Source of the DNA: Deferribacterales bacterium
GTDB taxonomy: Bacteria; Chrysiogenota; Deferribacteres; Deferribacterales; Geovibrionaceae
Length of the DNA stretch: 64,000 bases
Direction: 5' to 3'
NCBI GenBank assembly: GCA_050251945.1
Contig: JBFWLW010000006.1
Span: 32,001 to 96,000 of the forward strand
The translations under genes were made by a program, and so were the position numbers. Each line of letters starts with the position of its first letter. The stretch's first letter is position 1. Below, in pieces: positions 19,697 to 29,261 of this stretch. The notes beneath the pieces were generated by a model. The model was not told the DNA's origin. It was given only the letters and a program-made list of their open reading frames with translations, and made no database searches.

Positions 19697-20464
19697 TTAT
19701 TCAGTTATCCTCACCGGAACGCTGCGTTCCGCAAGGAACCTTTTGACCTCGCCGACAGAATATTCCCGAAAGTGAAAAATGCTTGCTGCAAGCGCAGCGT
19801 CCGCTTTTCCCTCTGTCAGTCCGTCATATATATGCTGAGGATTGCCTACGCCTCCGCTGGCGATAACAGGTATTCCCACAGCCTCAGCAACGGCACGGTT
19901 AAGCCCGTTGTCATATCCGTCCTTTGTTCCGTCGCAGTCCATGCTTGTCAGAAGTATCTCGCCGGAACCGAAACTCTCCATCTTCGCCGCCCATTCCAAA
20001 ACGTCGATACCCGTTGCGTTGCGTCCGCCGTGGGTATAGACCTCCCAGCCTCCGCAGTTCTGCCTGCGTTTCGCGTCTATGGCAACGACAATACACTGGG
20101 AACCGAATCTGAGAGCAGCTTCTTTTACAAACTCCGGTCGATGCACAGCCGCCGTATTTATGGACACCTTGTCCGCACCGGAATTCAGCAGATTTCTGAT
20201 ATCCTTTATTTCGCGAACGCCGCCGCCCACAGTAACGGGCATAAAAACGCGTTCAGCCGTGCGCGCAACGACATCAAGAATTATCCCTCTGTTGTCGGAA
20301 CTGGCTGTTATATCAAGAAAAGTAAGTTCATCTGCGCCCTGTGCGTCATATATTTCGGCAACCTCAACAGGGTCGCCGGCATCTCTGAGATTTACAAAAT
20401 TCGTACCCTTAACGACCCGTCCGTCTTTAACATCCAGACAGGGAATGATGCGTTTTGCCAGCAT
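19697..20464 (-). CDS. hisF: Imidazole glycerol phosphate synthase subunit HisF
   Basis: [42 protein letters not shown]. Confidence 0.98.
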   Translation of the reverse strand: MLAKRIIPCLDVKDGRVVKGTNFVNLRDAGDPVEVAEIYDAQGADELTFLDITASSDNRGIILDVVARTAERVFMPVTVGGGVREIKDIRNLLNSGADKVSINTAAVHRPEFVKEAALRFGSQCIVVAIDAKRRQNCGGWEVYTHGGRNATGIDVLEWAAKMESFGSGEILLTSMDCDGTKDGYDNGLNRAVAEAVGIPVIASGGVGNPQHIYDGLTEGKADAALAASIFHFREYSVGEVKRFLAERSVPVRITE

Positions 20465-20526
20465 AATTATACCTTTAATAATATTGTACGAAAATAATGG
20501 ACTAAATAGAGAAAAGGGTCAAGAAA

Positions 20527-21198
20527 TTAAAAGTTGAGCTGAACGTCCCTGCCCTTTATGGTCAGACACCCGTCCTTCGTCATCTGTTTTATGACGCGGG
20601 ACAGATTTTCGGGGGTACTGCCCAGAAGCACAGCAAGCTCGCATCTGGGAACGGGCAAGCGGAACCGTCTGTTGCGCTCCCTCTTTGAAAACTGCTCCAG
20701 ATATGTGCATAGCCGCTCCCGTGTGCCGTTCAGCGCATGGGATTCTATCAATCCGACCAGATGCACCATGTCAGACGCGCACCTTTGAAGCTGGTTTTCC
20801 AGAAGCTCACTGTCCGCCATAATGAGATTCTTTATACAGTCCCTCTCCACCATGAGGATTTCCGAATTTTCAAGCGTCATCGCGCCGAAAAGACTTTTTG
20901 TCACCACAATGCCCGAATCGCTGAGTTCCCCGGGGAAAACATATTTTATTGTTATTTCCTTGCCGTCCTCCCGTATCCTGTTCAGACGGACAAGTCCGTT
21001 CACAAGAAAACAGCAGTGCGCCGAAGGTTCGCCCTGTGCAAAAAGAACCTCCTGCCTTCCGCAGCGTACAAAACTGCTCTTCGCCATAACGGAATCCGCA
21101 AGAACCTTCGAGTGTTTTTTGAACCTCAGGCGGACAAAATCGTCAACGGCATCTTTTTTTCCTGAAATCTTAACATGTGTCAATGAATCCCACCTCAT
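20527..21198 (-). CDS. Crp/Fnr family transcriptional regulator
   Basis: cNMP-like domain (LFAQGE, DGKEIT) and HTH LAVLLGSTPENLSRVI. Confidence 0.88.
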   Translation of the reverse strand: MRWDSLTHVKISGKKDAVDDFVRLRFKKHSKVLADSVMAKSSFVRCGRQEVLFAQGEPSAHCCFLVNGLVRLNRIREDGKEITIKYVFPGELSDSGIVVTKSLFGAMTLENSEILMVERDCIKNLIMADSELLENQLQRCASDMVHLVGLIESHALNGTRERLCTYLEQFSKRERNRRFRLPVPRCELAVLLGSTPENLSRVIKQMTKDGCLTIKGRDVQLNF

Positions 21199-21284
21199 TT
21201 AATGATACTAAAAATCAATATCAACTGATTAGGAATTTTTGTCAACTGAAAACATACCAATAAGTATGATATCTGGAGGTTAAG

Positions 21285-23384
21285 ATGAAGAGATTTCTGC
21301 CGGCGGCCGTAGTGCTGCTTATGGCATCAACTGCATCTGCGGACAAGGACAGCATGATGCAGGACACCATTTATTTCGACACGGTGAAGGTAACGGATAC
21401 CACCGTTTCGGACGGACAAACGCTTCGGTCTACAAGCGCAACCGTTCAGGAAAGGAAGAAAAGCAATAACATTGCTGACTTCATTGAGCAGGATCCTGAA
21501 ATTAGCCTTAAACGCAGGAGCGCGTTCGGAGACAGCGGCGACATTCTCACGATCAGAGGACAGAGCGGCCAGCGTATCATGCTGAATCTTGACGGGCGCA
21601 GCCTGAACTCAACAGGTGTTAACGGCGGAAATTACATAGATTTCAACACCATTCCGCTGGACAACATCGAAAAGATTGAGATTATCAAGGGCGGAAGCAG
21701 TGCTGAATACGGGAATAACGCTATCGGCGGCGTTATCAACGCATACACCAAGCGCCCGACAAGCGACCCTTCAATTACTTTTTACGGAACTATGGGCGGA
21801 TGGGACGCAAGCGACGACTTTATGAACCTTCGGGGCAGTTATTCCCAGAAATTCGGCAATCTGGGCATCAGCCTCGGCATGAGCCGTCAGGAGGCTGACG
21901 CGTACCTCTGGAACAACGACTACCGCTCAACCCACGTAGCCCCGAAGTTATATCTCACAACTCCGTGGAAAGGCGAGCTCATCGCGGGAGTTGACTACAC
22001 AAAAACACGCAGAGGACTTATAAAGAACAACCGTGCGTCCGTTGATCCCGATTCTGCAGGATGGAGCCAGACTATAAACGCTGACGCTCCCCTTTCACTG
22101 GGTGACGTATTCTCCGGCGGCGCCGGCGGAAAGGCGATGTCTGTCATAGGTGAAGGCGCACACTCCAACGTGGAGAAAAAGCTTTACAGCGCGTCATATT
22201 CACAGCCAATCGGCAGCAGTGCTTATTTTGAATTGTCTGCATATAAAAACGACGAAGACAGGTTTGATACCAACTATTCCGACGGCACAGGAGGAGTTGC
22301 GGCGGGGGAACTTGTACTGGACAGAGAGGTTGAAGTGGACAGCAGCTACGGGTACAAAGCCAAGGTTGATGCCGAATTCGGAGCGCACAATGTAATTTTC
22401 GGCGCGGAACAGAAAAACCTCAGAGGAGGCGAAATCGCCGTCAACTACGTTGCGGCAAGCTGGAAAGGCAATATAGCCAGTTCCGATTCCGACCACAAAA
22501 TAGACAACACGGGCATCTTCGTTTCCGATTCATGGAAACTCACCGACAGATTTACAATTGACCTCGGTCTGCGTTTCGACGATTACGAGGCGAGCCAGCT
22601 TAAAAGCGGAAGCAGGGTCAAATATGACGACAGCAAGGTAACGCCAAAACTCGGCGCCACATATGCACTCACTCCGTCGGACAAGATAGGAATGTTCGTC
22701 TACCAGAGTTACAGAACGCCTGTCGCAAACGAGATGAACCACTACATTGACGGTTTAAGCTATTCCATGCTCGCGGACAAAGACCTCAAAGCTGAAACGG
22801 CAAACGCCGTCGACCTTGTATACAAGCATACTTTCGGCTCAAAAGGCTTCGCGAAAGTCTCAGCATTTTACTATGACATAGACGATTATCTCCTCTTCGG
22901 GAGCAAACCCGACGGTACCAGCGGACGCATAGCATATAATATTGATAATGCAAAATTCACTGGTGTAAGCACCGACGGCAGATACAACGTAACATCAAAA
23001 CTCAGCCTGAACGCAGGTCTGGCATGGCAGAAAACCGAAAAAGAAGGCGATCCCGTTGCCGATGCATATTCAGACTATGCAGACGACAAGGTTGACTACA
23101 TACCCGACTGGAAAGGCACCGCAGGCGCAAGCTGGAAATTTACAGAGAAATTCACTCTGGACGCATCATTCAATTATGTGGGGGAACGCAGTTACTTTTA
23201 TTACGGCAAGTCGCGCGAGCTTGACCCCTATACAACAGTTGACGCAGGACTGACATACGCCATGACAGAACACACGACACTTGAAGTCTATGCGGAAAAC
23301 CTGCTGAACAGAACCATTGAGGAACAATACGGCTACCCCACTGCCGGACTGATACTCGGCGCAAGCGTCAAGCTGGTGTTCTGA
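21285..23384 (+). CDS. TonB-dependent outer-membrane receptor
   Basis: Signal peptide, plug IEKIEIIKGGSSAEYG.NAIGGVIN, ENLLN, C-terminal Phe. Confidence 0.93.
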   Translation: MKRFLPAAVVLLMASTASADKDSMMQDTIYFDTVKVTDTTVSDGQTLRSTSATVQERKKSNNIADFIEQDPEISLKRRSAFGDSGDILTIRGQSGQRIMLNLDGRSLNSTGVNGGNYIDFNTIPLDNIEKIEIIKGGSSAEYGNNAIGGVINAYTKRPTSDPSITFYGTMGGWDASDDFMNLRGSYSQKFGNLGISLGMSRQEADAYLWNNDYRSTHVAPKLYLTTPWKGELIAGVDYTKTRRGLIKNNRASVDPDSAGWSQTINADAPLSLGDVFSGGAGGKAMSVIGEGAHSNVEKKLYSASYSQPIGSSAYFELSAYKNDEDRFDTNYSDGTGGVAAGELVLDREVEVDSSYGYKAKVDAEFGAHNVIFGAEQKNLRGGEIAVNYVAASWKGNIASSDSDHKIDNTGIFVSDSWKLTDRFTIDLGLRFDDYEASQLKSGSRVKYDDSKVTPKLGATYALTPSDKIGMFVYQSYRTPVANEMNHYIDGLSYSMLADKDLKAETANAVDLVYKHTFGSKGFAKVSAFYYDIDDYLLFGSKPDGTSGRIAYNIDNAKFTGVSTDGRYNVTSKLSLNAGLAWQKTEKEGDPVADAYSDYADDKVDYIPDWKGTAGASWKFTEKFTLDASFNYVGERSYFYYGKSRELDPYTTVDAGLTYAMTEHTTLEVYAENLLNRTIEEQYGYPTAGLILGASVKLVF

Positions 23385-24133
23385 TGAAAAACATGATGAA
23401 TCCCGAAGAGAAATGGGACAAAAAAGCGCTTACATATCCGAGATATACCTCGTCAGAGGATACATATGAAGCAAGGATCATCCGCACTCTGGAGGGTGCG
23501 GGTGTCTCCTTTAAAGGAAAACGTGTTCTGGACGTAGGCTGCGGAAGCGGCAAATTCACCCTCAGAATTGCAAAAGAGGCGGCATCGGTTCTCGGCACAG
23601 ACATTTCCTCCCAAATGCTTAGAATACTCCATGAGGATGCCGGAAAAGAGGGGGCGGATAATCTCCGCTCCCTCAAATGCACCTTTGACGATTTCGACCC
23701 GAAAGGCGAAAAATTCGATATCGTCTTCGCCTCCGTAACACCTGCCGTAAGGACGGAAGAACATTTCAGAAGGGTGACGGAACTTGCGGAAGAACACGTC
23801 GTATACATCGGCTGGGCAGGCAGAAAAGAATCGGAAATGCTCTATGCCCTGTACGACAAATGCGGCATATCACCCAAAATATTCAACGACGTTCCTGTGC
23901 TTAAAGAATGGCTGGCAAAAAAGGACATCCGATACCGGATAATACCCGTTGAAGAGACATGGGTGAGAACTTATGACCGCACAAAAGCGGAAGCACTCTG
24001 CATGGAAGCGATAGAGGACAATGCTTCCGGCGCCTGCGTCAAAACCGTCGCGCCGCTGCTTAACACCATGGCGGGTGCGGACGGCAGAATAACAGACAGG
24101 ATGCATGTCAAAATGGAGATGATAATATGGTAA
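23384..24133 (+). CDS. Class I SAM-dependent methyltransferase
   Basis: VLDVGCGSG, DISSQML, FDIVFAS. Confidence 0.9.
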   Translation: MKNMMNPEEKWDKKALTYPRYTSSEDTYEARIIRTLEGAGVSFKGKRVLDVGCGSGKFTLRIAKEAASVLGTDISSQMLRILHEDAGKEGADNLRSLKCTFDDFDPKGEKFDIVFASVTPAVRTEEHFRRVTELAEEHVVYIGWAGRKESEMLYALYDKCGISPKIFNDVPVLKEWLAKKDIRYRIIPVEETWVRTYDRTKAEALCMEAIEDNASGACVKTVAPLLNTMAGADGRITDRMHVKMEMIIW

Positions 24134-25203
24134 GGCTGCTGACTATAATTGCCCTGTCCGTGTGTTTTGCGACAGCAAACGCGGACGTAACCATAACCGA
24201 CATGATAGGCAGGAAGGTAAAACTTCCTGCCGGAAAAATTGAAAGAGTTATACCGCTGGCGAGCAGTATGAGCTTTATATCGTTCTTAAAAGCGCAAAAT
24301 TTGGTAGTTGGGATTGAAAAGACCGACAAAATGAACCATGCAAAACGCACTTATGTGTATGTCAATAAGCCCTTCACAGACAAACTGCCGATAATCGGCG
24401 AAGGCGGGGCGGCAAGGCGCCCGAACATCGAAGCTATGGTGGCTCTGAAGCCTGACATAATATTCACCATCACTGCGGACGCTTCGGAAGCGGACATGCT
24501 TCAGCGCAAAATGCGCGTTCCAGTGGTAGTGCTCAGTTACGGCTACACAGGAGTTGAGCTTGAAACTGTGTACAAATCTCTCCGGCTCACTGCTCAGATA
24601 CTCGACAGAAAAGAGAGAGCTGAACAGCTCATTTCATACGTTGAGGGGCTTAAAAAGGAACTCTCATACAGACCGAAAACCCCGGCAAAGGCATACATCG
24701 GCGCTGTTTCATATAAAGGTATCAGAGGTATAGACAGCACAGAAGCAAACTTTCTCCCATTTCGTCTGGCGGGCATAGACAACACTGTGGACGCGGCAGG
24801 ACGAAAAGGGCACATTTTTCTTGAAAAAGAATATGTTGTGATGCTCAACCCGCCTCTGGTTTTTATCGACAGCGCAGGTTTCGCCACTGCATCACAGCAA
24901 GCGGCAAAATCGCCGGAGCTTTATAAACGCCTGAGCGCTTTTAAAACCGGAAGAGCATATCTCATACCAGCTAACACCTTCTATTACATAAACATCGACC
25001 TGATGCTGTCCAATGCCTTTTTCATGGCAAAGACGGCATATCCGGAAGCATACGCAAATCTTGATCCTGAAAAGAAAGCGGGCGAGATAGTCAAAGCCTT
25101 CACAGGGCAGAACGTATTTGGCGTTATCAAAAACGATTCGGGCGGATTCAGGCGGATACTGCTTTCACCTGACGGGTTCAAAACAGAGGAAATAAAATGG
25201 TAA
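24127..25203 (+). CDS. Iron-chelate/cobalamin-type ABC transporter substrate-binding protein
   Basis: TDMIGRKV, PNIEAMVALKPD; signal peptide. Confidence 0.88.
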   Translation: MVRLLTIIALSVCFATANADVTITDMIGRKVKLPAGKIERVIPLASSMSFISFLKAQNLVVGIEKTDKMNHAKRTYVYVNKPFTDKLPIIGEGGAARRPNIEAMVALKPDIIFTITADASEADMLQRKMRVPVVVLSYGYTGVELETVYKSLRLTAQILDRKERAEQLISYVEGLKKELSYRPKTPAKAYIGAVSYKGIRGIDSTEANFLPFRLAGIDNTVDAAGRKGHIFLEKEYVVMLNPPLVFIDSAGFATASQQAAKSPELYKRLSAFKTGRAYLIPANTFYYINIDLMLSNAFFMAKTAYPEAYANLDPEKKAGEIVKAFTGQNVFGVIKNDSGGFRRILLSPDGFKTEEIKW

Positions 25204-26213
25204 GCAGGCTTACTTTCTGGGCTGTGCTTTCGGTTCTGCTTGTCATATTTGTTCTGTCCGGTTTGAAACACGGCGCTATAGAACATTCGTGGGCGGAAAC
25301 CGCGGCAGCCCTGTTCGGAAGCGGCAATGACGAAGACCTGCAATATTTCATCTGGCATCTGCGCCTTCCGCGCATAGCGGCGGCACTGGCTGTCGGCGGA
25401 GCACTGGCTGTCAGCGGCGTTATACTGCAAAACATACTGAACAACCCCCTCGCCTCCTCCTTTACTCTTGGACTTTCTCAGGGCGCGGCATTCGGGGCGA
25501 CTTTTTCAATAATAGTTCTCGGTGCGGGAACGGGGCTGTTCGCGGGGCTTGGCAACGTCGCTCTGGGCGCTTTCGCAGGTTCAATCCTTTCGGCGCTTAT
25601 AATCCTGCTGTTCTCGTTCGTACGCGGCATGACCCCACAGGGGCTTATCCTTGCAGGTGTGGCAATGTCAGCATTTTTCAGCGCCTGTACAATGCTTCTG
25701 CAGTTCTTTTCCACAGACACACAGCTTGCGGCGGCGGTCTTCTGGACGTTCGGCGATCTTGGCAAGGGCGGTTGGAGCGAAGCCGTTACCGTGCTTATCA
25801 TCACGTTTGCCGGAATTCTCTTTTCGCTCCGCTTAAGCTGGAGTTACAATGCTATTCAATGGGGCGAACTCTCCGCGTCCGGTCTTGGCGTCGAGGTGAA
25901 AAAGATACGCATAGCGTCTCTTGCGGCTACATCCGTTATGGCGGCTTTCGCAACTGCATATTACGGTGTGATCGGTTTCGTAGGGCTTATCGCACCGCAC
26001 ATGGTGCGTCTTATTTTCCGCCATTCAGGTCACGGATTTCTCATACCTGCATCCGCAGTTCTTGGCGGCGTTTTCCTTCTTGGTGCCGACCTTATGGGAC
26101 AGCTTGTGTTCTATCCCATATCACTCCCCGTGGGCGTAATAACCGCATTCGCAGGGGTGCCGATGTTCCTTTTTCTGCTTCTCAGGAGGTCTATGAAACA
26201 TGCTAACCGCTGA
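25197..26213 (+). CDS. FecCD/BtuC-family ABC permease
   Basis: LRLPR, LQNILNNPLA, GFVGLIAPH, PVGVITA. Confidence 0.93.
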   Translation: MVSRLTFWAVLSVLLVIFVLSGLKHGAIEHSWAETAAALFGSGNDEDLQYFIWHLRLPRIAAALAVGGALAVSGVILQNILNNPLASSFTLGLSQGAAFGATFSIIVLGAGTGLFAGLGNVALGAFAGSILSALIILLFSFVRGMTPQGLILAGVAMSAFFSACTMLLQFFSTDTQLAAAVFWTFGDLGKGGWSEAVTVLIITFAGILFSLRLSWSYNAIQWGELSASGLGVEVKKIRIASLAATSVMAAFATAYYGVIGFVGLIAPHMVRLIFRHSGHGFLIPASAVLGGVFLLGADLMGQLVFYPISLPVGVITAFAGVPMFLFLLLRRSMKHANR

Positions 26214-26949
26214 AAACCTGACTTTTAAACTGAAAAACGGCAGAAAAATTCTGGATGACGTATCCTTTTCACTTGGTGCGGGGGAACTTTGTGCCGTTAT
26301 CGGACCGAACGGGGCGGGTAAATCCACCATGATGAAAATTGCCTGTGCCATAATGAAACCGTCATACGGAGCTGTAACGGTCAAAGATAAAAAAATATCG
26401 GGGATGAAACGTCCGGAAATAGCAAAACACATAGCGTACCTGCCGCAGTTCACCCACGCCGTACCCTGTACGGTTTACGATTCTGTGCTTCTTGGGCGCA
26501 AACCCCACATAAGCTGGCACCCCGGGCAGACCGACAGAAACATCGCGGACAAAGTAATGACCGAGATGGGAATCGACAGTATGCGGGACAAATGCGTTAC
26601 GGAGATATCAGGAGGCGAGTTTCAGAAAACGCTCATAGCCCGCGCGCTGGTTCAGCAGGCGGAAATACTTATGCTGGACGAGCCGATAAACCACCTCGAC
26701 GTGAAAAACCAGCTCGACATCATGGACAGCATTGCAGAAATAACAAAGCGCTCAAAACTTGCCACTCTGGTTGTCATGCACGACCTGAATCTTGCAATGC
26801 GCTATGCTGAAACGATTATGCTGATGAACGACGGAAAGATACTTTATTACGGAGGCAGGGACGGGCTTACGGACGAACATCTGACGGAAGCTTATAGAAC
26901 TGAGATAAGTATCAGACAGGTGGAGGGTAAATACGCAGTGATATTTTAG
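26200..26949 (+). CDS. ABC transporter ATP-binding protein (FecE/BtuD-like)
   Basis: GPNGAGKST, ISGGE, LDEP.NHLD, HDLNLA. Confidence 0.94.
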   Translation: MLTAENLTFKLKNGRKILDDVSFSLGAGELCAVIGPNGAGKSTMMKIACAIMKPSYGAVTVKDKKISGMKRPEIAKHIAYLPQFTHAVPCTVYDSVLLGRKPHISWHPGQTDRNIADKVMTEMGIDSMRDKCVTEISGGEFQKTLIARALVQQAEILMLDEPINHLDVKNQLDIMDSIAEITKRSKLATLVVMHDLNLAMRYAETIMLMNDGKILYYGGRDGLTDEHLTEAYRTEISIRQVEGKYAVIF

Positions 26950-26962
26950 GCAAATATAAAGA

Positions 26963-27029
26963 GAGATTGCTTCGCTCACGCTCGCAAAGACAAGCCGTCT
27001 CTGCGAGGGCTTCTGCCCGAAGCAGTCTC
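26963..27029. repeat. REP-like inverted doublet, family A
   Basis: GAGATTGCTTCG..CTCGCAAAGAC-GTCTCTGCGAG..CGAAGCAGTCTC between convergent operons. Confidence 0.85.
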
Positions 27030-27030
27030 A

Positions 27031-27147
27031 TTATTTATTTGTTTTCTTCGGTTTGCAGAGTTTCTCTTTTTTGTTGGACTGCGCTCCGCATTTTGAACAT
27101 TCAAACTCTTTGTCTTTCTTCGGTTTTTCTCCGCATTTCTTGCTCAT
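27031..27147 (-). CDS. 38-aa Lys/Cys-rich small protein (not in ORF track)
   Basis: MSKKCGEKPKKDKEFECSKCGAQSNKKEKLCKPKKTNK; ATG overlaps ppk1 stop (ATGA). Confidence 0.7.
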   Translation of the reverse strand: MSKKCGEKPKKDKEFECSKCGAQSNKKEKLCKPKKTNK

Positions 27148-29171
27148 AGCTTCGCCTTCTGGGTGTAGAGTTTATGGTTGTTCTCTATAAGATAGTCCTG
27201 ATAGTTCAGTTTGTCTTTAGTTCCTTTCACTTTCACATATTCAGAGTCCTTCTGCATCCACACCTTCTGGTTGTCGCGGAGGTTCAGGTCAAGGATATTC
27301 AGCAGGAAGTTTCGACCCTCTTTCTTTGTTACCTCGAAGAAAAGCTCGACGCGCCTGTCCATGTTGCGCTCCATCCAGTCGGCAGTGCTGAAAAACACCC
27401 TCTTTTTTCCGCCCGCATGAAAATATATGATCCGCGGGTGTTCAAGAAATCTGCCCACGATACTGCGCACGCGGATATTCTCCGTCACGCCCTTAATACC
27501 GGCTTTGATTCCGCAGATACCCCTGACGATAAGCTCTATTTTAACTCCCGCACAGGAAGCCTCTATGAGCTTGTCTATCAGCTTCTTATCTATTACGGCG
27601 TTGACCTTCACTATCATCTTCGCCTCTTTGCCCGCTTTAGCAAAGGCGATCTCCTCGTCAATAAGCTCAAGCACCTTAGGCTTTATGTATTTCGGCGCGA
27701 GATAGAATCTGTTCCACGTGCCTATGTCGGTGTAGCCCATAAGGAAATTGAACATTGCGGCGCTGTCTTTGCCTATCTCTTCATCCGCCGTGATATAGTC
27801 GATATCAGTGTAAATACCAGCTGTAAACTCGTTGAAGTTGCCGGTGGACATGTGCGAATAACGCATCACCCGTCCGCTCTCTCTGCGGACTATCATGAGA
27901 TTTTTCGCGTGTATCTTAAGACCTGCTATGCCGTATGTAACTATGCAGCCCGCCTCTTCAAGCATATTCGCCCAATCGACGTTCCGTTCTTCGTCGAAAC
28001 GCGCCTTAAGTTCTATGACAACACTGACGTGTTTTCCGTTTTGCACCGCTCTGATAAGGCTTTCCAGAATAGTAGAGTTCTTGTTTGCCCTGTAAAGAGT
28101 CATCTTTATCGCCATAACGTCAGGATCTGCGGCGGCAGTCGCCACCATTCGGGAAACCAGACCGAAGTCATGAAACGGGCGATACATAATGATATCCTGC
28201 TTTTTTATCTGCTCAAAAATGTCCATGCTGCCGTCGATATATTCAGGCAGAATCGGCTTAAAAGGCGGATAGCAAAGGTCGGGGCGTTCCCCCGCTACAG
28301 AGAACAGGGACGTCATATCTATTATGTCGTCGATTATGTATACGTCGTTCTTTGAAAAGTGCAGGTGTGATTCCATATGATCCAATATCTCCTGCGGCAG
28401 GCGGCTGTCGGTCTCGACACGGCAGATGCCCCCCTTTTTACGGGATTTCAGGAAATTCTGAATTGAAAGGAGCAGGTCGTCTGATTCCTCCTCATCAAGC
28501 GTGAGGTCGGCGTTCCGTGTGACCCTCAGCAGATAGCTGTCAAGAACTTCATAGTCGGGGTAAACAATATTAAGGTATTTTGTAAGTATATCTTCCGTAA
28601 AAAGAAAATATATCTTATCCAGTTTAACGCGAAATATCCTGCGCAGGTTCTCCGGCAGGATAATTATGGAGTGGTGAACGACGCCGTCCTTTTTGATAAG
28701 CACATAAAGGCACAGGCGCAGGTTGTGTATGAACGGCATGGGGTTGTTTGAGGAGAGAGTCACCGGGGATATGACGGGGTATATCTCCTCGTTGAATATC
28801 GCTTCGGTGATATCGTCCAGATTAGCCGTCAGAGTGGGGGCTATCATGATGTTCTCTTTCTCAAGATCCTTTTTCAGTCCTGCGAATATCTCCTGACGCA
28901 GACCGGTCAGCTCGTGCGCCTTAGCGCTGATATGCTCAAGCTGTTCCTCCGGCGTGCTTCCGGATGCATCCAGCTTTGTATAGCCCGCTTCTATCTGGTC
29001 GCGCAGACCGCCCACGCGTATCATGAAGAACTCGTCGAGGTTGGATGAAAATATTGCCAGAAATTTCAGACGCTCAAGAAGCGGGACGGATGAATCCACC
29101 GCCTCCATCATTACCCGCCTGTTAAATTCCAGCCAGCTAAGTTCTCTGTTTATGTACGGACTGATACTCAT
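27144..29171 (-). CDS. ppk1: Polyphosphate kinase 1
   Basis: NRELSWLEFNRRV, NLDEFFM.RV, ELKARFDE, KIHAK, GRFLEH, ADWMERN. Confidence 0.97.
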   Translation of the reverse strand: MSISPYINRELSWLEFNRRVMMEAVDSSVPLLERLKFLAIFSSNLDEFFMIRVGGLRDQIEAGYTKLDASGSTPEEQLEHISAKAHELTGLRQEIFAGLKKDLEKENIMIAPTLTANLDDITEAIFNEEIYPVISPVTLSSNNPMPFIHNLRLCLYVLIKKDGVVHHSIIILPENLRRIFRVKLDKIYFLFTEDILTKYLNIVYPDYEVLDSYLLRVTRNADLTLDEEESDDLLLSIQNFLKSRKKGGICRVETDSRLPQEILDHMESHLHFSKNDVYIIDDIIDMTSLFSVAGERPDLCYPPFKPILPEYIDGSMDIFEQIKKQDIIMYRPFHDFGLVSRMVATAAADPDVMAIKMTLYRANKNSTILESLIRAVQNGKHVSVVIELKARFDEERNVDWANMLEEAGCIVTYGIAGLKIHAKNLMIVRRESGRVMRYSHMSTGNFNEFTAGIYTDIDYITADEEIGKDSAAMFNFLMGYTDIGTWNRFYLAPKYIKPKVLELIDEEIAFAKAGKEAKMIVKVNAVIDKKLIDKLIEASCAGVKIELIVRGICGIKAGIKGVTENIRVRSIVGRFLEHPRIIYFHAGGKKRVFFSTADWMERNMDRRVELFFEVTKKEGRNFLLNILDLNLRDNQKVWMQKDSEYVKVKGTKDKLNYQDYLIENNHKLYTQKAKL

Positions 29172-29261
29172 ATCAAACCGACCCCCTGTGTAACTATTGA
29201 CATCCGGAATGCGCCGCGCATCAGACCCGGTTGAGAGGCTGACGCGGCAGTTTCAAAAAAT

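Noticed and set aside
19487..20497. 336-aa + strand ORF
   Set aside because: Antisense shadow of hisF/hisE
21199..21284. Cobalamin riboswitch, Fur box or FNR box before the TonB receptor
   Set aside because: Only 86 bp and no convincing consensus match
27174..28355. 393-aa + strand ORF
   Set aside because: Antisense shadow of ppk1
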